Positions 41,920-52,156 of a DNA stretch of 64,000 nucleotides are shown piece by piece (the first letter of the stretch is position 1; every line of letters starts with the position of its first letter). This DNA comes from Candidatus Limnocylindrales bacterium (GTDB lineage: Bacteria; Patescibacteriota; Microgenomatia; Levybacterales; UBA12049), in the NCBI GenBank assembly GCA_035526025.1, contig DATLDE010000011.1, forward strand, positions 121,056-185,055. The letters are read 5' to 3'. The position numbers and the translations under genes are program-made. The notes under the pieces were generated by a model, which saw only the letters and a list, made by a program, of their open reading frames with translations, was not told the DNA's origin and did no database searches.

Positions 41920-43186
41920 TCAACCCAATTCGCTTTCTTTTCTCATCCCAAGCCTTTCCTCTCCGAGGAAGTTTCGCAATATCTTCTTTATTTTTCAAAA
42001 AATTTACTATCAATCCTTCAAGAAAAAAAGACTGTGCTCCCTTAAATAAAACTGTTTCTCCACCAGCAAGAGAATTTGTTAGAAAAGATAGTGCGTCTTT
42101 TGTATCTTGAAATGATGCAGCAATTTTGTTATTTATCAAATTGCTTAAAATGTATTTAGCGCTCAACGGTCCAATTAAAATTATTCTATCAAATTCCAAT
42201 TTATTGAGAACATTTGCCACTTTCTTATGCTCTATTACGATATCCTCTTCACTTAACTCCAACATATCACTTATTACAACCCATTTTTTAATCGCAGATA
42301 ATCTTCCGAACATAAAAAGCATTGACTCCACAGAAAGATTAGCATTATATGAGCTATCAACTATTGTAATATCTTTTATTCCTTCAAATATTGACCCCCT
42401 ACCAGGAGGCATCCGGAACTTTGAGAATGTATGATCAAATGAGATACTCAATATGTCGCACGCTTTTCTAACCATCTCAATTGAATAAAAAACTTCTTCA
42501 GGAAGTAAGAATTTGAATCTATACGCTTTGCCCCCTATTTGAAAATGGGTACCGTCTTTACCTACATCATATTTTTCTAAATTATTTTCTTTTTTAATTG
42601 ATATTAATTTTGCTTTTGCTCTATTCACCTGATTTTTCATTAACTCTGAGTCTCCATTGAGTATTACCAGATCTTTTGCGTACTCAACAAAGTATCCAAA
42701 TTCATATGCAATTGCTTCCTCAACATTAGAAAACTTTTTATTCATGACGAGCTTTTCAAAATTCATACTGTGCGTTTTGGAGATGCTTATCCATAACACA
42801 ATTTCAGGACGTAGTAATTCTGAGAGAAATCTTCCTTCTCCAGGCCTATCACAATCCGCTTCAACCACGTAGAGTCTTTCTTTTGGGACTTTTTTAAATG
42901 CAGAGAAAGGAGTTTTTAAAATCAAACTAATCCATTCAGATTTTAATAAACTTTTTCGATGTAAATCTAGGATATCAAATGGGATTCCAAAGCTGCTATT
43001 GGCATGATGGGAGTATTTTGCTCTACTTCCAATTTGCGCTTCAAGCATATGAAGAAGTGTAGTCTTGCCATTGGATCCTGTTACAACAATAATTTTCGGA
43101 TTCCACCGATTCAAACGAATCGCAGCAAAAAAACGGAAATATGAAGCTATGGGAAAATATAGCGCTTTTTTGAATTGTGTAAACAT
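41906..43186 (-). CDS. murF: Mur ligase family protein, probably UDP-MurNAc-tripeptide--D-Ala-D-Ala ligase
   Basis: P-loop VVTGSNGKTT and Mur-ligase central and C-terminal domains. The N-terminal domain is unusually short (about 30 aa before the P-loop). The assignment rests on adjacency to ddl. Confidence 0.6.
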   Translation of the reverse strand: MFTQFKKALYFPIASYFRFFAAIRLNRWNPKIIVVTGSNGKTTLLHMLEAQIGSRAKYSHHANSSFGIPFDILDLHRKSLLKSEWISLILKTPFSAFKKVPKERLYVVEADCDRPGEGRFLSELLRPEIVLWISISKTHSMNFEKLVMNKKFSNVEEAIAYEFGYFVEYAKDLVILNGDSELMKNQVNRAKAKLISIKKENNLEKYDVGKDGTHFQIGGKAYRFKFLLPEEVFYSIEMVRKACDILSISFDHTFSKFRMPPGRGSIFEGIKDITIVDSSYNANLSVESMLFMFGRLSAIKKWVVISDMLELSEEDIVIEHKKVANVLNKLEFDRIILIGPLSAKYILSNLINNKIAASFQDTKDALSFLTNSLAGGETVLFKGAQSFFLEGLIVNFLKNKEDIAKLPRRGKAWDEKRKRIGLIAKD

Positions 43187-43234
43187 TCATCTCTTATTTT
43201 AACAGAATTGACACCACATGGTATAATTGGCTAT

Positions 43235-43477
43235 ATGGTAACTGAAAAAGAGAAGCGTAATCAACAAAGACAGGAAGCAGGACTCCGCTATATTGCTGCT
43301 TTAGAGCGGCTTGAGGCAGATCCAAAATCAATTGACGCAGCAAAAAAAGTTCTTTTAGGTCCTACGCATGAAGAGCGCCAAGCGCAAATTAGCGCAAACC
43401 AACTTGAGCCCAGGAAAACTTTAATGCAGTGGGTCATAGGCCGAAGAATTGCGCGAAGCAGAAGGCAAAAAAGTTAA
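43235..43477 (+). CDS. Small basic hypothetical protein (80 aa), leaderless
   Basis: TTGACA (43208-43213) plus extended -10 TGGTATAAT (43219-43227) place the transcription start at about the ATG (43235). The C-terminus is arginine-rich. Confidence 0.35.
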   Translation: MVTEKEKRNQQRQEAGLRYIAALERLEADPKSIDAAKKVLLGPTHEERQAQISANQLEPRKTLMQWVIGRRIARSRRQKS

Positions 43478-43490
43478 TTCAGCTCTGAAC

Positions 43491-44813
43491 CTACTCTTCC
43501 CTCTTCTTCTCAACGCTTGAGAATTTGATTCTGTTCCCCTGGAAAAGTAGATCTATTTCCCCTGTAGGACCATTTCGATGTTTGGCTATAAGAAGCTTTG
43601 TCGGTATATGAGTGCCTGACGCTTCTGCATCCGGTCTATAAAGAAACATCACAACGTCAGCATCCTGCTCAATGGCTCCAGACTCACGAAGATCGGCTAG
43701 TTGAGGCTTCTTCTCCCCTCCCCGATGCTCCACAGCTCTATTAAGCTGTGACGCTGCAAGAACTGGGACATTTAACTCACGAGCAAGATTTTTAAGCGCT
43801 TGTGATACCATAGAAACCTCCTGCACCCGACTGTCATACTTTCTACCCGGATCAACCAACTGAAGATAATCAATAACCAATAGCGATATATTATGCTCCA
43901 TCTGAAGTCGTCTTGCTTTACTTCGCATTTCTGTCAATGAAAGTCCAGGCGTATCATCGATAAATACCGGAGCTTCAGCGAGTTCACCCATGGCTTGTGA
44001 TAATTTGGAAAAGTCATCTTCTGAAAGCCTTCCTGTCTTTAACTTCCATGCGTCAACATCTGATTGGGCAATTAACAAACGGTCAACCAGCTCTTCCTTA
44101 CTCATTTCGAGCGAGAATATTCCAATGGGAAGCTTTTGTTTGACCGCGATATTCTGTGCGATATTAAGCATAATTGCTGTCTTCCCTTGTCCTGGTCTTG
44201 CCGCGAGAATAAGCAGATTGGTTTTTTGCATACCCGATAGGATATTATCAAGATCAGTAAAACCACTCTTTATTCCACGAAGTCCTGATCCTGTTTTTTG
44301 CAACTCATCAATTCTGTCAAAACTATCAGTAAGCGTATCTTTCAAAGCTACAAAACCTCTTGTAATATGTCCTTGTGAGATTGAAAAAATTGCAGCTTCA
44401 GATTTATCCAAAATTTCCTTTACTTCTGTTGAATCGTTATACCCGAGCTCTGCTATTTCTGTCCCCGCCTTAATAAGTCCCCTCTTAGTTGCATCTTCTT
44501 TGGTAATTTTGGCGTATGTGGTTACATTGGCGGCTGTTGGAACAAGCTCCACCAATTCCGCCAAATAAGATGTGTCTACCTTTTTGAGCTGTTTGTTTTT
44601 TTTGAGCTGCTCAGTCAGAGTCAATAAATCAATTGGCTTCCGCTCTTCATAAAGAACCAGCATTGCTCCATAAATAATCCCATTTAAATCGCTATAAAAA
44701 TCAGTTGTCTTAAGGATTTCAGAAACACCTATAATTGCGTCCTTATCAATTAGAATTGATCCAAGTACGCTTTTTTCGGCGTTGTCATTATGAGGAAGAG
44801 TTTTTACAGCCAT
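43491..44813 (-). CDS. dnaB: Replicative DNA helicase
   Basis: DnaB N-terminal domain, Walker A ARPGQGKTA and RecA-like motifs H1-H4. Confidence 0.95.
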   Translation of the reverse strand: MAVKTLPHNDNAEKSVLGSILIDKDAIIGVSEILKTTDFYSDLNGIIYGAMLVLYEERKPIDLLTLTEQLKKNKQLKKVDTSYLAELVELVPTAANVTTYAKITKEDATKRGLIKAGTEIAELGYNDSTEVKEILDKSEAAIFSISQGHITRGFVALKDTLTDSFDRIDELQKTGSGLRGIKSGFTDLDNILSGMQKTNLLILAARPGQGKTAIMLNIAQNIAVKQKLPIGIFSLEMSKEELVDRLLIAQSDVDAWKLKTGRLSEDDFSKLSQAMGELAEAPVFIDDTPGLSLTEMRSKARRLQMEHNISLLVIDYLQLVDPGRKYDSRVQEVSMVSQALKNLARELNVPVLAASQLNRAVEHRGGEKKPQLADLRESGAIEQDADVVMFLYRPDAEASGTHIPTKLLIAKHRNGPTGEIDLLFQGNRIKFSSVEKKREE

Positions 44814-44829
44814 TTTTGTAGTTTTTAGA

Positions 44830-45339
44830 TTATTCGAGAATTATTGTTTCAACTTCTGCGGGCAATTTATCGATAGTTGATGCGTATTTAGATAGATGCT
44901 TTACATTTTCCTGACCAAATGTTTTGCCCATTTCTGAGGCATTTTCTCCATAAAAAATTACAACGTTTGTGACTAAAGAAGTTAAAGATGAGGCCTCAGA
45001 TACCTCTTCACATTTTACAACCAATATATTTGCCTCTTTAAGTTTTTGGTGAGCCTTTTCCAATACCGCTGACTTTCCAATTAATATGCTCACTGAATCC
45101 ACGCTGAGGCTGTAAAGCATTTCATCCTCAAATCTTTGTCCGGTTATTTTTATCCCACCAGTTTCAAACTCTCCAGGACCGTCTATCACCACTTCAACAT
45201 TGTTGGTATTTGCTTCCTTACTATTTCCAGAAAAAATCAGCGCTGCATTTGCCTCTGTTTTGTCTTTTGGATCTACTAAGATCGTGGCATTTTTGCCTTT
45301 TATTTTTAAGGAATTATTTGGAAGGAGTGCTATTTCCAT
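44830..45339 (-). CDS. Hypothetical protein (possibly a degenerate MBL-fold UPF0173-like protein lacking His motifs)
   Basis: The N-terminus (LKIKGKNATILVDP) resembles UPF0173 metal-dependent hydrolases, but HxHxDH is absent. It occupies the slot upstream of dnaB where rplI is common. Confidence 0.3.
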   Translation of the reverse strand: MEIALLPNNSLKIKGKNATILVDPKDKTEANAALIFSGNSKEANTNNVEVVIDGPGEFETGGIKITGQRFEDEMLYSLSVDSVSILIGKSAVLEKAHQKLKEANILVVKCEEVSEASSLTSLVTNVVIFYGENASEMGKTFGQENVKHLSKYASTIDKLPAEVETIILE

Positions 45340-45408
45340 GTAAATAATACTAACATAGACAAGCTATTATTGACAATAGATAGTTTATGTCGTATCATCA
45401 GATTCCTT

Positions 45409-45843
45409 ATGAAAGCTGAAAAAGTAGTACTTTCTTTTGTCGCGGTTCTAGTAGGACTGATTGCAGCAGGCGCTGCTTTCTATCTTTACCAGGCAACTAG
45501 AACAATACCTGTTACCAAAACAAAAACAATCACAATCGTTCCAAGCCCAACGCTTGCTCCTTTATCTGATAATGCGCATTTATTAACGATCGACAATCCA
45601 AAAGAAGAAGCTGTTTATGATAAAAAACTCATTACAGTTTCCGGAAAAACAGTAAGCGGTGCAACGATTGTAGCTTCAACTGAAGACAATGATGAAGTGA
45701 TAAAGCCTGCTGCAAACGGAACATTCACTTTCACGCAGACAATTCCTGATGGAACTAGTATAATTCAAATTACAGCCATTTTCCCAGATGGCACGCAAAA
45801 AAAAGTTACGAGAACTATCACGTTTTCAACTGAAAGTTTCTAG
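45409..45843 (+). CDS. Membrane-anchored protein with Ig-like beta domain, hypothetical
   Basis: ATG start at MKAEKVVL; the track start at 45370 is a TTG. A TM helix is followed by a Thr-rich beta-rich domain. Confidence 0.4.
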   Translation: MKAEKVVLSFVAVLVGLIAAGAAFYLYQATRTIPVTKTKTITIVPSPTLAPLSDNAHLLTIDNPKEEAVYDKKLITVSGKTVSGATIVASTEDNDEVIKPAANGTFTFTQTIPDGTSIIQITAIFPDGTQKKVTRTITFSTESF

Positions 45844-45857
45844 AAAAAATTAATAAA

Positions 45858-46733
45858 ATGAATAATCAAAAATACAACACAAAAATCAAAAAGACTTTAT
45901 ATTTATTATTTATATTTAACATTTTCTCTTTAATTTTTAATATTTCTGTGGCTACAGCTCAAACTTTAACACCGAAACCCTCAGTAATATCACCTACAGT
46001 CAGCGAGAAATTGAATGAGAAATTAAATACACAAATTAACAAATTGAAAGACAAAATCGCATCGCGTGTTAGTGAACTAAATCTGGTTGAGAAAAGAGGC
46101 ACAACTGGCGTGGTTACAGAAGTGTCAACTAATAAAATTACCCTCCTTGACATTCAGGGCAATACAAAACTAATTGATATAGATGAAATTACTAAATTCT
46201 CATCAAGTTTCGCAAAAGGCACTTTCGGATTGTCAGATATCACCAAGGGTACCAAAATTAATGTGCTTGGACTTTACAACAAACAATCCAAGCGGATTCT
46301 TGCACGATTTATAAGAACAGCCATTAACCCGGAGTTCTTATCCGGGACAATTTCTGATATTGATCAGAAGAATTTTACAATTAGCGTAGCAACTGAAGGC
46401 AAAAAAACTCAAAAAGTAGATATAGGTACCACAACTAAAATATCCTCATATTCAAGTGATGGCACTACAGCAAAAATTACATTTGCCAAATTGAGTTCTG
46501 GAGAAAGAGTCCTGGTCTTAGGTTTTCCAGACCAAACAGATAACACTCTTTTAGTAGCTTCAAGAGTTGCGGTTCTACCCGAATTGCCAAAAGATCCGAG
46601 GATAGAGATAACAATCACTCAACCAACGCCAACTGCATCTCCAACTGCTACGCTTCGCCGCACGGCACCTGTCGCCCCTGTCGTAACTTCAAGCGTTAGA
46701 AGACTAACTCCAACCATATCCCCTTCTAGATGA
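45858..46733 (+). CDS. Secreted protein with internal tandem duplication and Pro/Thr-rich C-terminus
   Basis: Signal peptide, two related modules (…ITLLDIQGNTKLIDIDEITKF…/…FTISVATEGKKTQKVDIGTTTKI…) and a PT-rich GC-rich tail. Confidence 0.45.
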   Translation: MNNQKYNTKIKKTLYLLFIFNIFSLIFNISVATAQTLTPKPSVISPTVSEKLNEKLNTQINKLKDKIASRVSELNLVEKRGTTGVVTEVSTNKITLLDIQGNTKLIDIDEITKFSSSFAKGTFGLSDITKGTKINVLGLYNKQSKRILARFIRTAINPEFLSGTISDIDQKNFTISVATEGKKTQKVDIGTTTKISSYSSDGTTAKITFAKLSSGERVLVLGFPDQTDNTLLVASRVAVLPELPKDPRIEITITQPTPTASPTATLRRTAPVAPVVTSSVRRLTPTISPSR

Positions 46734-47827
46734 ACACACGCATCACAAAACTCAGGACACTGATGGTGAATGAAAAAATAGATGGAGTTTTTGTATCCTG
46801 CATACCAAATATAACTTACCTTACAAATTTTTCAGGCTTCAGCACTGAAGACCGTGATGCATTTCTCTTAATCACCAAATCAAATCAATACATTTTCACT
46901 CACGGAATCTATAAGGAAGTTGTTAAAAAACAACTAAGCGGTTTTGAATTAATTGAGATGACTCGGGAGAACCCTACAGGTAAAGCAATAGCGCAATTAA
47001 TTAAAAACCATTCTATTAACAAGCTTAGCTATGAAGCTACTAATCTGTCCGTCTGGGAGTATGAAAGATTATTTAAATCAATTAGTAAAAAACATTTAAC
47101 CCAAGTCAATCTAGTCGAGAAACTAAGAACAATTAAGGATACTGATGAGATTTATGCTATTAAGGCGAGTTGTTTATTAGGAGATAAAACATATTCATAC
47201 GTTCTAACTAGACTTAGGTCAGGCATGACTGAGAAAGATTTAGTATTTGAAATTGAATATTTTATTAAAAAAAATAGCGGTGATATCTCTTTTCCTTCAA
47301 TTGTTGCATTTGGAGAAAATGCAGCATTTATTCACCATCAATCAGGCGATAGAAAACTTAAAAAAAATGACTGTGTCTTATTGGACTTTGGTGTAAGACT
47401 AAATAACTACTGCTCTGACATGTCACGGACATTTTTTTATGGTAAAGCAAATAAAGAAAAAACAAAAGCATATCTAACCGTACTTGAATCTCAAAAAAAA
47501 GCAATTATGTATATTGAGGAAAAACTGGAGAAGAAAGAAGATGTTAAGGGTAACATCGCCGATAAAATTTCACGTGATTATATAACGCAGGAAGGATTTG
47601 TCGCCTTCCCCTATTCATTGGGGCATGGGATCGGGCTTGAAGTGCATGAATCTCCTCGCCTGAGCCCGTCATATGATGAAATTCTTGAGAATGGTATGGT
47701 ATTTTCAATAGAACCAGGAATTTACTTGCAGGATAAAATGGGTGTGCGCATTGAGGATCTTTTTGCAATTGAGAATAATAAATTAATTCCCCTTACCCTA
47801 TCCCCCAAAACCTTGACTGAACTTTGA
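46730..47827 (+). CDS. M24-family Xaa-Pro aminopeptidase/dipeptidase
   Basis: Creatinase-like N-terminal domain plus a pita-bread metal site (HGIGLEVHE, D…D…E). Confidence 0.85.
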   Translation: MNTRITKLRTLMVNEKIDGVFVSCIPNITYLTNFSGFSTEDRDAFLLITKSNQYIFTHGIYKEVVKKQLSGFELIEMTRENPTGKAIAQLIKNHSINKLSYEATNLSVWEYERLFKSISKKHLTQVNLVEKLRTIKDTDEIYAIKASCLLGDKTYSYVLTRLRSGMTEKDLVFEIEYFIKKNSGDISFPSIVAFGENAAFIHHQSGDRKLKKNDCVLLDFGVRLNNYCSDMSRTFFYGKANKEKTKAYLTVLESQKKAIMYIEEKLEKKEDVKGNIADKISRDYITQEGFVAFPYSLGHGIGLEVHESPRLSPSYDEILENGMVFSIEPGIYLQDKMGVRIEDLFAIENNKLIPLTLSPKTLTEL

Positions 47828-47871
47828 CACATTACCTTGCTCATAACGTAAACTTGGGCTATAGTTAACAT

Positions 47872-48192
47872 ATGCTTGATGAAAATCTGATGACGCAAGT
47901 AGAAGAAGATTTGCTAGCTGAAATTGTCAAAAACCTCGAACTCAACAAGATAACTGATGAGCAGGCTCAAAAACAAGCAAAAGAATTTCTTACACTTTTG
48001 CCAATTGAAGACAAAAGAGATTTACTTAATAAGTTATATAAATTTAGCCGTGCCAATAATGAAGCTATGGAGATTTATGTGAAGTATGCGAAGCCTATTG
48101 AGGAAGAAGAAAAGCAAAAAAAATTAACACTTATGAGCCAACACATAAAGGACGGTAAAATTGATAAAGCCTTAGCTGTAGTTAAAAATTAA
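47872..48192 (+). CDS. Hypothetical protein
   Basis: 106 aa, helical and charged; no motif recognised. Confidence 0.3.
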   Translation: MLDENLMTQVEEDLLAEIVKNLELNKITDEQAQKQAKEFLTLLPIEDKRDLLNKLYKFSRANNEAMEIYVKYAKPIEEEEKQKKLTLMSQHIKDGKIDKALAVVKN

Positions 48193-48345
48193 AGATTATA
48201 GATTTAGATTCATAACCTACCACAAGTAATCTTAATCACCATCATGTACTAACTGCAATTACTACGACTAGTATTACAAAACTATTAGGGGGGTATTAGT
48301 TGTTTGAACCATAAAAATTTTACATCCAACTCATAATTCTCGCAG

Positions 48346-48388
48346 TTGACTTTAGTTAAGTAAAGTGATACAATAATTTTACTTTAGT
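48346..48388 (+). promoter_or_regulatory. Promoter for the TrpR-like gene, TTGACT-17-TACAAT, with ACTTTAGTTAA direct repeats
   Basis: -35 at 48346-48351 and -10 at 48369-48374. The ACTTTAGTTAA repeat appears at 48349-48359 and 48378-48388, spanning the spacer and leader. Confidence 0.5.
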
Positions 48389-48398
48389 TAAATAAAAC

Positions 48399-48719
48399 AT
48401 GAAATTAGACATAAATACAAAAAAACTATACGAGGCAGTTCTATCTCTCAAGAGCGAGAATGAATGCCAGAAGTTCTTTAGAGACTTACTGACTGAGCCA
48501 GAAATTAAAGAATTTGCGAACCGCTGGAAGGCAGCGCAAATGCTTGATAAGAAAATAAAATATGATGTTATTGAAAAAGAAACCGGCATGAGTTCAACTA
48601 CCATTGCCAGAATAAGCAAATGGCTAAATAGTGGTTCGGGAGGATACAAATTTATGTTAAAAAGAATTAAAAACAAATCAAAAAAAAATCATCATTGCAC
48701 TCGCCTTGTGGCTGTGTGA
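48399..48719 (+). CDS. TrpR-like protein, YerC/YecD family
   Basis: LTEPEIKEFANRWKAAQML…TGMSSTTIARISKWL matches the Trp-repressor fold family (PF01371-like). Confidence 0.6.
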   Translation: MKLDINTKKLYEAVLSLKSENECQKFFRDLLTEPEIKEFANRWKAAQMLDKKIKYDVIEKETGMSSTTIARISKWLNSGSGGYKFMLKRIKNKSKKNHHCTRLVAV

Positions 48720-48753
48720 TTGTTTTGGTGTAATAAAATACAAAGATAGTCAG

Positions 48754-48778
48754 ACCGCCGAAAGGTGGTTTTTTTTAT
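48754..48778 (+). terminator. Rho-independent terminator (6-bp stem, GAAA loop, U9)
   Basis: ACCGCC-GAAA-GGTGGT followed by a T9 run. It lies only about 12 nt upstream of the hisG RBS and ATG. Confidence 0.6.
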
Positions 48779-48789
48779 GAGGTAAATAT

Positions 48790-49665
48790 ATGGCAAATTT
48801 AAATAATAAATACATAAAACTAGCTGTCCAAAAAAAGGGTCGTTTGACTGAGGAAGCACTGGAGTTTTTGCGCAAATCAGGTCTTAACTTTGAAAGCTAT
48901 AATCAAAGGCTCTTTACAACATGCCGGAATTTTCCTTTGGAAATTCTCTATGTCAGAGATAGTGACATTCCAAAATATGTTGCATCGGGCACAGTTGATT
49001 TTGGAATCATAGGACAAAATAGACTTAATGAAGACAAACCAAAAGTTAAAAAGCTTCTAAATTTGAGATTTGGATATTGTTCGCTGATTGTTGCAGTACC
49101 AAATGACTCTGTGATTAAAGATATTAAAGATTTAAAAAATAAAACAATCGCTACATCATATCCAAATTCAACATTAAAATATTTTAAAGAAAGTAAAATA
49201 AATATTAATACAGTGAGCATTAGCGGATCAGTAGAAATTACACCTGCATTAGGAATATGTAACGCAATTGTAGATTTGGTATCAACGGGAAGTACTCTTG
49301 CACTAAATGATCTTAGAGTCCTGACAAAAATCTTTGATTCAGAAGCAGTATTGATTGCCAACGAGCAGACTATGCAAAATGGTAAAAAGGATCTAATTGA
49401 AAAACTAATTACTCGCTTCAAAGGCGTTTTATCTGCAAAGGACTATAAATATGTAATGATGAACGCACCTGAAACCTCGCTTAAACAAATAAACAAAATA
49501 GTACCGGGGCTAAAGTCCCCTACTATTTCATCATTGACAAAAAAAGGGTGGTTATCAATCCAGACTGTGATCAGAGAAGATATTTTCTGGGAAACAATAG
49601 AAAAATTAGAAAAAGCCGGAGCATCAGAAATAATTGTCTTACCAATTGAGAAAATGATTATTTAA
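48790..49665 (+). CDS. hisG: ATP phosphoribosyltransferase, long form with C-terminal regulatory domain
   Basis: LKLAVQKKGRL, the PRPP-binding motif and 291 aa place it in the long HisG form. Confidence 0.9.
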   Translation: MANLNNKYIKLAVQKKGRLTEEALEFLRKSGLNFESYNQRLFTTCRNFPLEILYVRDSDIPKYVASGTVDFGIIGQNRLNEDKPKVKKLLNLRFGYCSLIVAVPNDSVIKDIKDLKNKTIATSYPNSTLKYFKESKININTVSISGSVEITPALGICNAIVDLVSTGSTLALNDLRVLTKIFDSEAVLIANEQTMQNGKKDLIEKLITRFKGVLSAKDYKYVMMNAPETSLKQINKIVPGLKSPTISSLTKKGWLSIQTVIREDIFWETIEKLEKAGASEIIVLPIEKMII

Positions 49666-49674
49666 GGAGAAGTT

Positions 49675-50376
49675 ATGAAAGTTATAAAACTAAAAAACTT
49701 ATCAAGTAAAGATTATGAAAGGATTGTTAAGCGTTCCGCTGGATCAAATTCCTTCAACGAAAGGAGAGCTATGATAACTGTTATTGATTATGGCTTGGGT
49801 AATCTTGCGAGTGTCACTAATGCATTGAAAAAGCATGAAATTCCCTATGAGGTTTCGAGTGATATTGAAGTGCTTAAAAAAGCTAAAGCTCTCATATTGC
49901 CTGGTGTTGGTTCAGCCAATCAGGGAATGGAAAATATCAAAGCAAAAGGCATAGATCAAGTTGTAATTGAGCAAGCTAAAAAAGGTATACCCATTTTGGG
50001 AATTTGTCTGGGAATGCAATTACTTTTATCAAAAAGTGAGGAAGGAAATGTTGAGTGCTTGAATTTAATTAAAGGGAAAGTTGTACAATTTAAAACAAAA
50101 CTAAAAGTCCCTCAAATTGGATGGAATAATGTAAAAATCAAGAATAAAGAATCAAGAATTATGAATAATATTTCAAACAATAGTTACTTTTACTTTGTGA
50201 ATAGTTTTTACTGTTCCCCTACCGATAGATCTACTGTTGTAGGAGCAACTGATTACGCTGGTGAATTTTGTAGCATGTTGGAAAAGGACAATATATTCGG
50301 CGTACAATTTCACCCGGAAAAAAGCGGAGATATAGGATTACAAATATTAAGAAATTTTTGGGAGGCAATATGTTAA
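49675..50376 (+). CDS. hisH: Imidazole glycerol phosphate synthase, glutaminase subunit
   Basis: ITVIDYGLGNL, the catalytic Cys in GICLGMQ and H/E near the C-terminus. The 32-aa N-terminal extension is supported by a strong GGAG RBS. Confidence 0.9.
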   Translation: MKVIKLKNLSSKDYERIVKRSAGSNSFNERRAMITVIDYGLGNLASVTNALKKHEIPYEVSSDIEVLKKAKALILPGVGSANQGMENIKAKGIDQVVIEQAKKGIPILGICLGMQLLLSKSEEGNVECLNLIKGKVVQFKTKLKVPQIGWNNVKIKNKESRIMNNISNNSYFYFVNSFYCSPTDRSTVVGATDYAGEFCSMLEKDNIFGVQFHPEKSGDIGLQILRNFWEAIC

Positions 50377-51080
50377 TTATCCCCGCAATAGATATAAAGA
50401 ATGGTAAATGCGTAAGGCTTACTCAGGGTGATTATACTCGTGAGAAAATCTACAATGAAGATCCAGTAATGCAAGCATTGCAGTGGGAGGATCGAGGTGC
50501 AAAAATGCTTCACATTGTAGATTTAGATGGAGCAAAAAATGGTTTTCTGGATAATTTTGAAATAATTAAAAGAATAAATCAGGTGGTTAAAATTCCACTT
50601 CAAGTCGGAGGAGGAATTAGAAGTAAAAAAACTGTAAAACGATTATTATATTGTGGTGTATCAAGAGTGGTTTTAGGAACAGTAGCTCTTGAGAACGAAA
50701 AAGAAATGATAAATATCTTAAGTGAATTTGCATCTCAAATTGCCGTTGCGCTTGATACAAAAGATGGCAAACTCATGAAACAAGGCTGGCTTGAAGATAG
50801 TGACCGAAACCTTATAGCTACTGCTGTAAGACTTCAAGACTTAGGAGTTCAGAGATTTATTTATACCGATGTTATAAAAGATGGAACTATGACTGAACCA
50901 AATTATAAAGAGATTGCGAATCTAACTAAAAATCTTTCGGTTCCTGTAATTGCTAGTGGTGGAATATCGGATATTAACAATATAATAAAATTAAATTCCC
51001 TAAAGGTAGAGGGCATAATAATAGGGAAAGCACTTTATGAAAACAAATTTAATCTAAGGGAGGCAATGCATGCTTACTAA
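50370..51080 (+). CDS. hisA: ProFAR isomerase
   Basis: [16 protein letters not shown] and VGGGIRS. The start is the ATG preceded by GGAGG. Confidence 0.9.
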   Translation: MLIIPAIDIKNGKCVRLTQGDYTREKIYNEDPVMQALQWEDRGAKMLHIVDLDGAKNGFLDNFEIIKRINQVVKIPLQVGGGIRSKKTVKRLLYCGVSRVVLGTVALENEKEMINILSEFASQIAVALDTKDGKLMKQGWLEDSDRNLIATAVRLQDLGVQRFIYTDVIKDGTMTEPNYKEIANLTKNLSVPVIASGGISDINNIIKLNSLKVEGIIIGKALYENKFNLREAMHAY

Positions 51081-51825
51081 ACGAATCATTCCATGCTTGG
51101 ATGTAGATAAAGGTAGAGTTGTAAAAGGCGTCAATTTTATAAACATAAAAGACGCTGGGGACCCTATAGAATTAGCAAAGTTTTACAACAAAGAGGGTGC
51201 GGATGAGCTGGCATTTTTGGATATTACAGCATCTATTGAGAAAAGGAATATAATGCTTAGTGTTGTAAAAGAAGTCGCAAGACAAGTATTCATTCCTTTT
51301 ACAGTTGGAGGAGGAATTCGCTCAATTGAAGACATAAGAAATATGCTTTTGTCCGGTGCTGATAAAGTCTCACTTAACACATCAGCAGTAAAAAATCATG
51401 AGCTTATTACAAAGGCTTCTAACGCTTTTGGTAGCCAATGTATAGTTCTTGCAATTGATGCAAAAAAAGAAAATAATGGATGGAAGGTCTATGTCAATGG
51501 CGGAAGAACTCCTACGGATTTAGATGCACTCAGCTGGGCAAAAGAGGCTGTTCGCAAAGGAGCTGGAGAAATATTATTAACAAGCATTGATCGCGATGGT
51601 ACGAGAAATGGCTTTGATCTTGAATTAACAAGTATGATTTCTAAAAATGTATGCGTACCAGTAATAGCATCCGGTGGAGCTGGGAAAATTGAAGATTTTG
51701 AAAATGTTTTTAAGAAAGGTTTGGCTGATGCAGCACTTGCTGCTTCCCTATTTCACTTTGGTAAATTAACAATTAAAGAGATTAAGAAATATCTGGAGAG
51801 ATCAAAGATAGCTGTGAGGAACTAA
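51070..51825 (+). CDS. hisF: Imidazole glycerol phosphate synthase, cyclase subunit
   Basis: [18 protein letters not shown] and VGGGIRS. Confidence 0.9.
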   Translation: MLTKRIIPCLDVDKGRVVKGVNFINIKDAGDPIELAKFYNKEGADELAFLDITASIEKRNIMLSVVKEVARQVFIPFTVGGGIRSIEDIRNMLLSGADKVSLNTSAVKNHELITKASNAFGSQCIVLAIDAKKENNGWKVYVNGGRTPTDLDALSWAKEAVRKGAGEILLTSIDRDGTRNGFDLELTSMISKNVCVPVIASGGAGKIEDFENVFKKGLADAALAASLFHFGKLTIKEIKKYLERSKIAVRN

Positions 51826-51826
51826 T

Positions 51827-52156
51827 ATGAAAAATTTTATCGATTTTAAAAAGAACAAGGGCTTGGTGCCTGCTATAATCCAGGATTATAAAACGGGGGT
51901 TGCTTATATGCTGGGATACATGAACCAAGAAGCACTACGAAAAACCACTGAAACTAATTTGGTTTATTTTTGGAGCAGGAATACAAAAAAACTCTGGTTA
52001 AAAGGTGAAGAATCCGGAAACAAGTTAAAAGTTATCGAACTTTTCGCTGATTGCGATAATGATACAATACTCATTAAGGTAGAATTAATTGGAAGCAATG
52101 TATGTCATACCGGAAGCATGAGCTGTTTTTACACAAAGTTGGGAGAAAAAATATGA
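51827..52156 (+). CDS. hisI: Phosphoribosyl-AMP cyclohydrolase
   Basis: GLVPAIIQD, W…SRNT…LW.KGE.SGN and a C…C…H metal site. Confidence 0.85.
   Translation: MKNFIDFKKNKGLVPAIIQDYKTGVAYMLGYMNQEALRKTTETNLVYFWSRNTKKLWLKGEESGNKLKVIELFADCDNDTILIKVELIGSNVCHTGSMSCFYTKLGEKI

Noticed and set aside
43990-44568. 192-aa plus-strand ORF
   Set aside because: It is antisense and fully internal to dnaB, which has unmistakable helicase motifs. It is a compositional shadow ORF.
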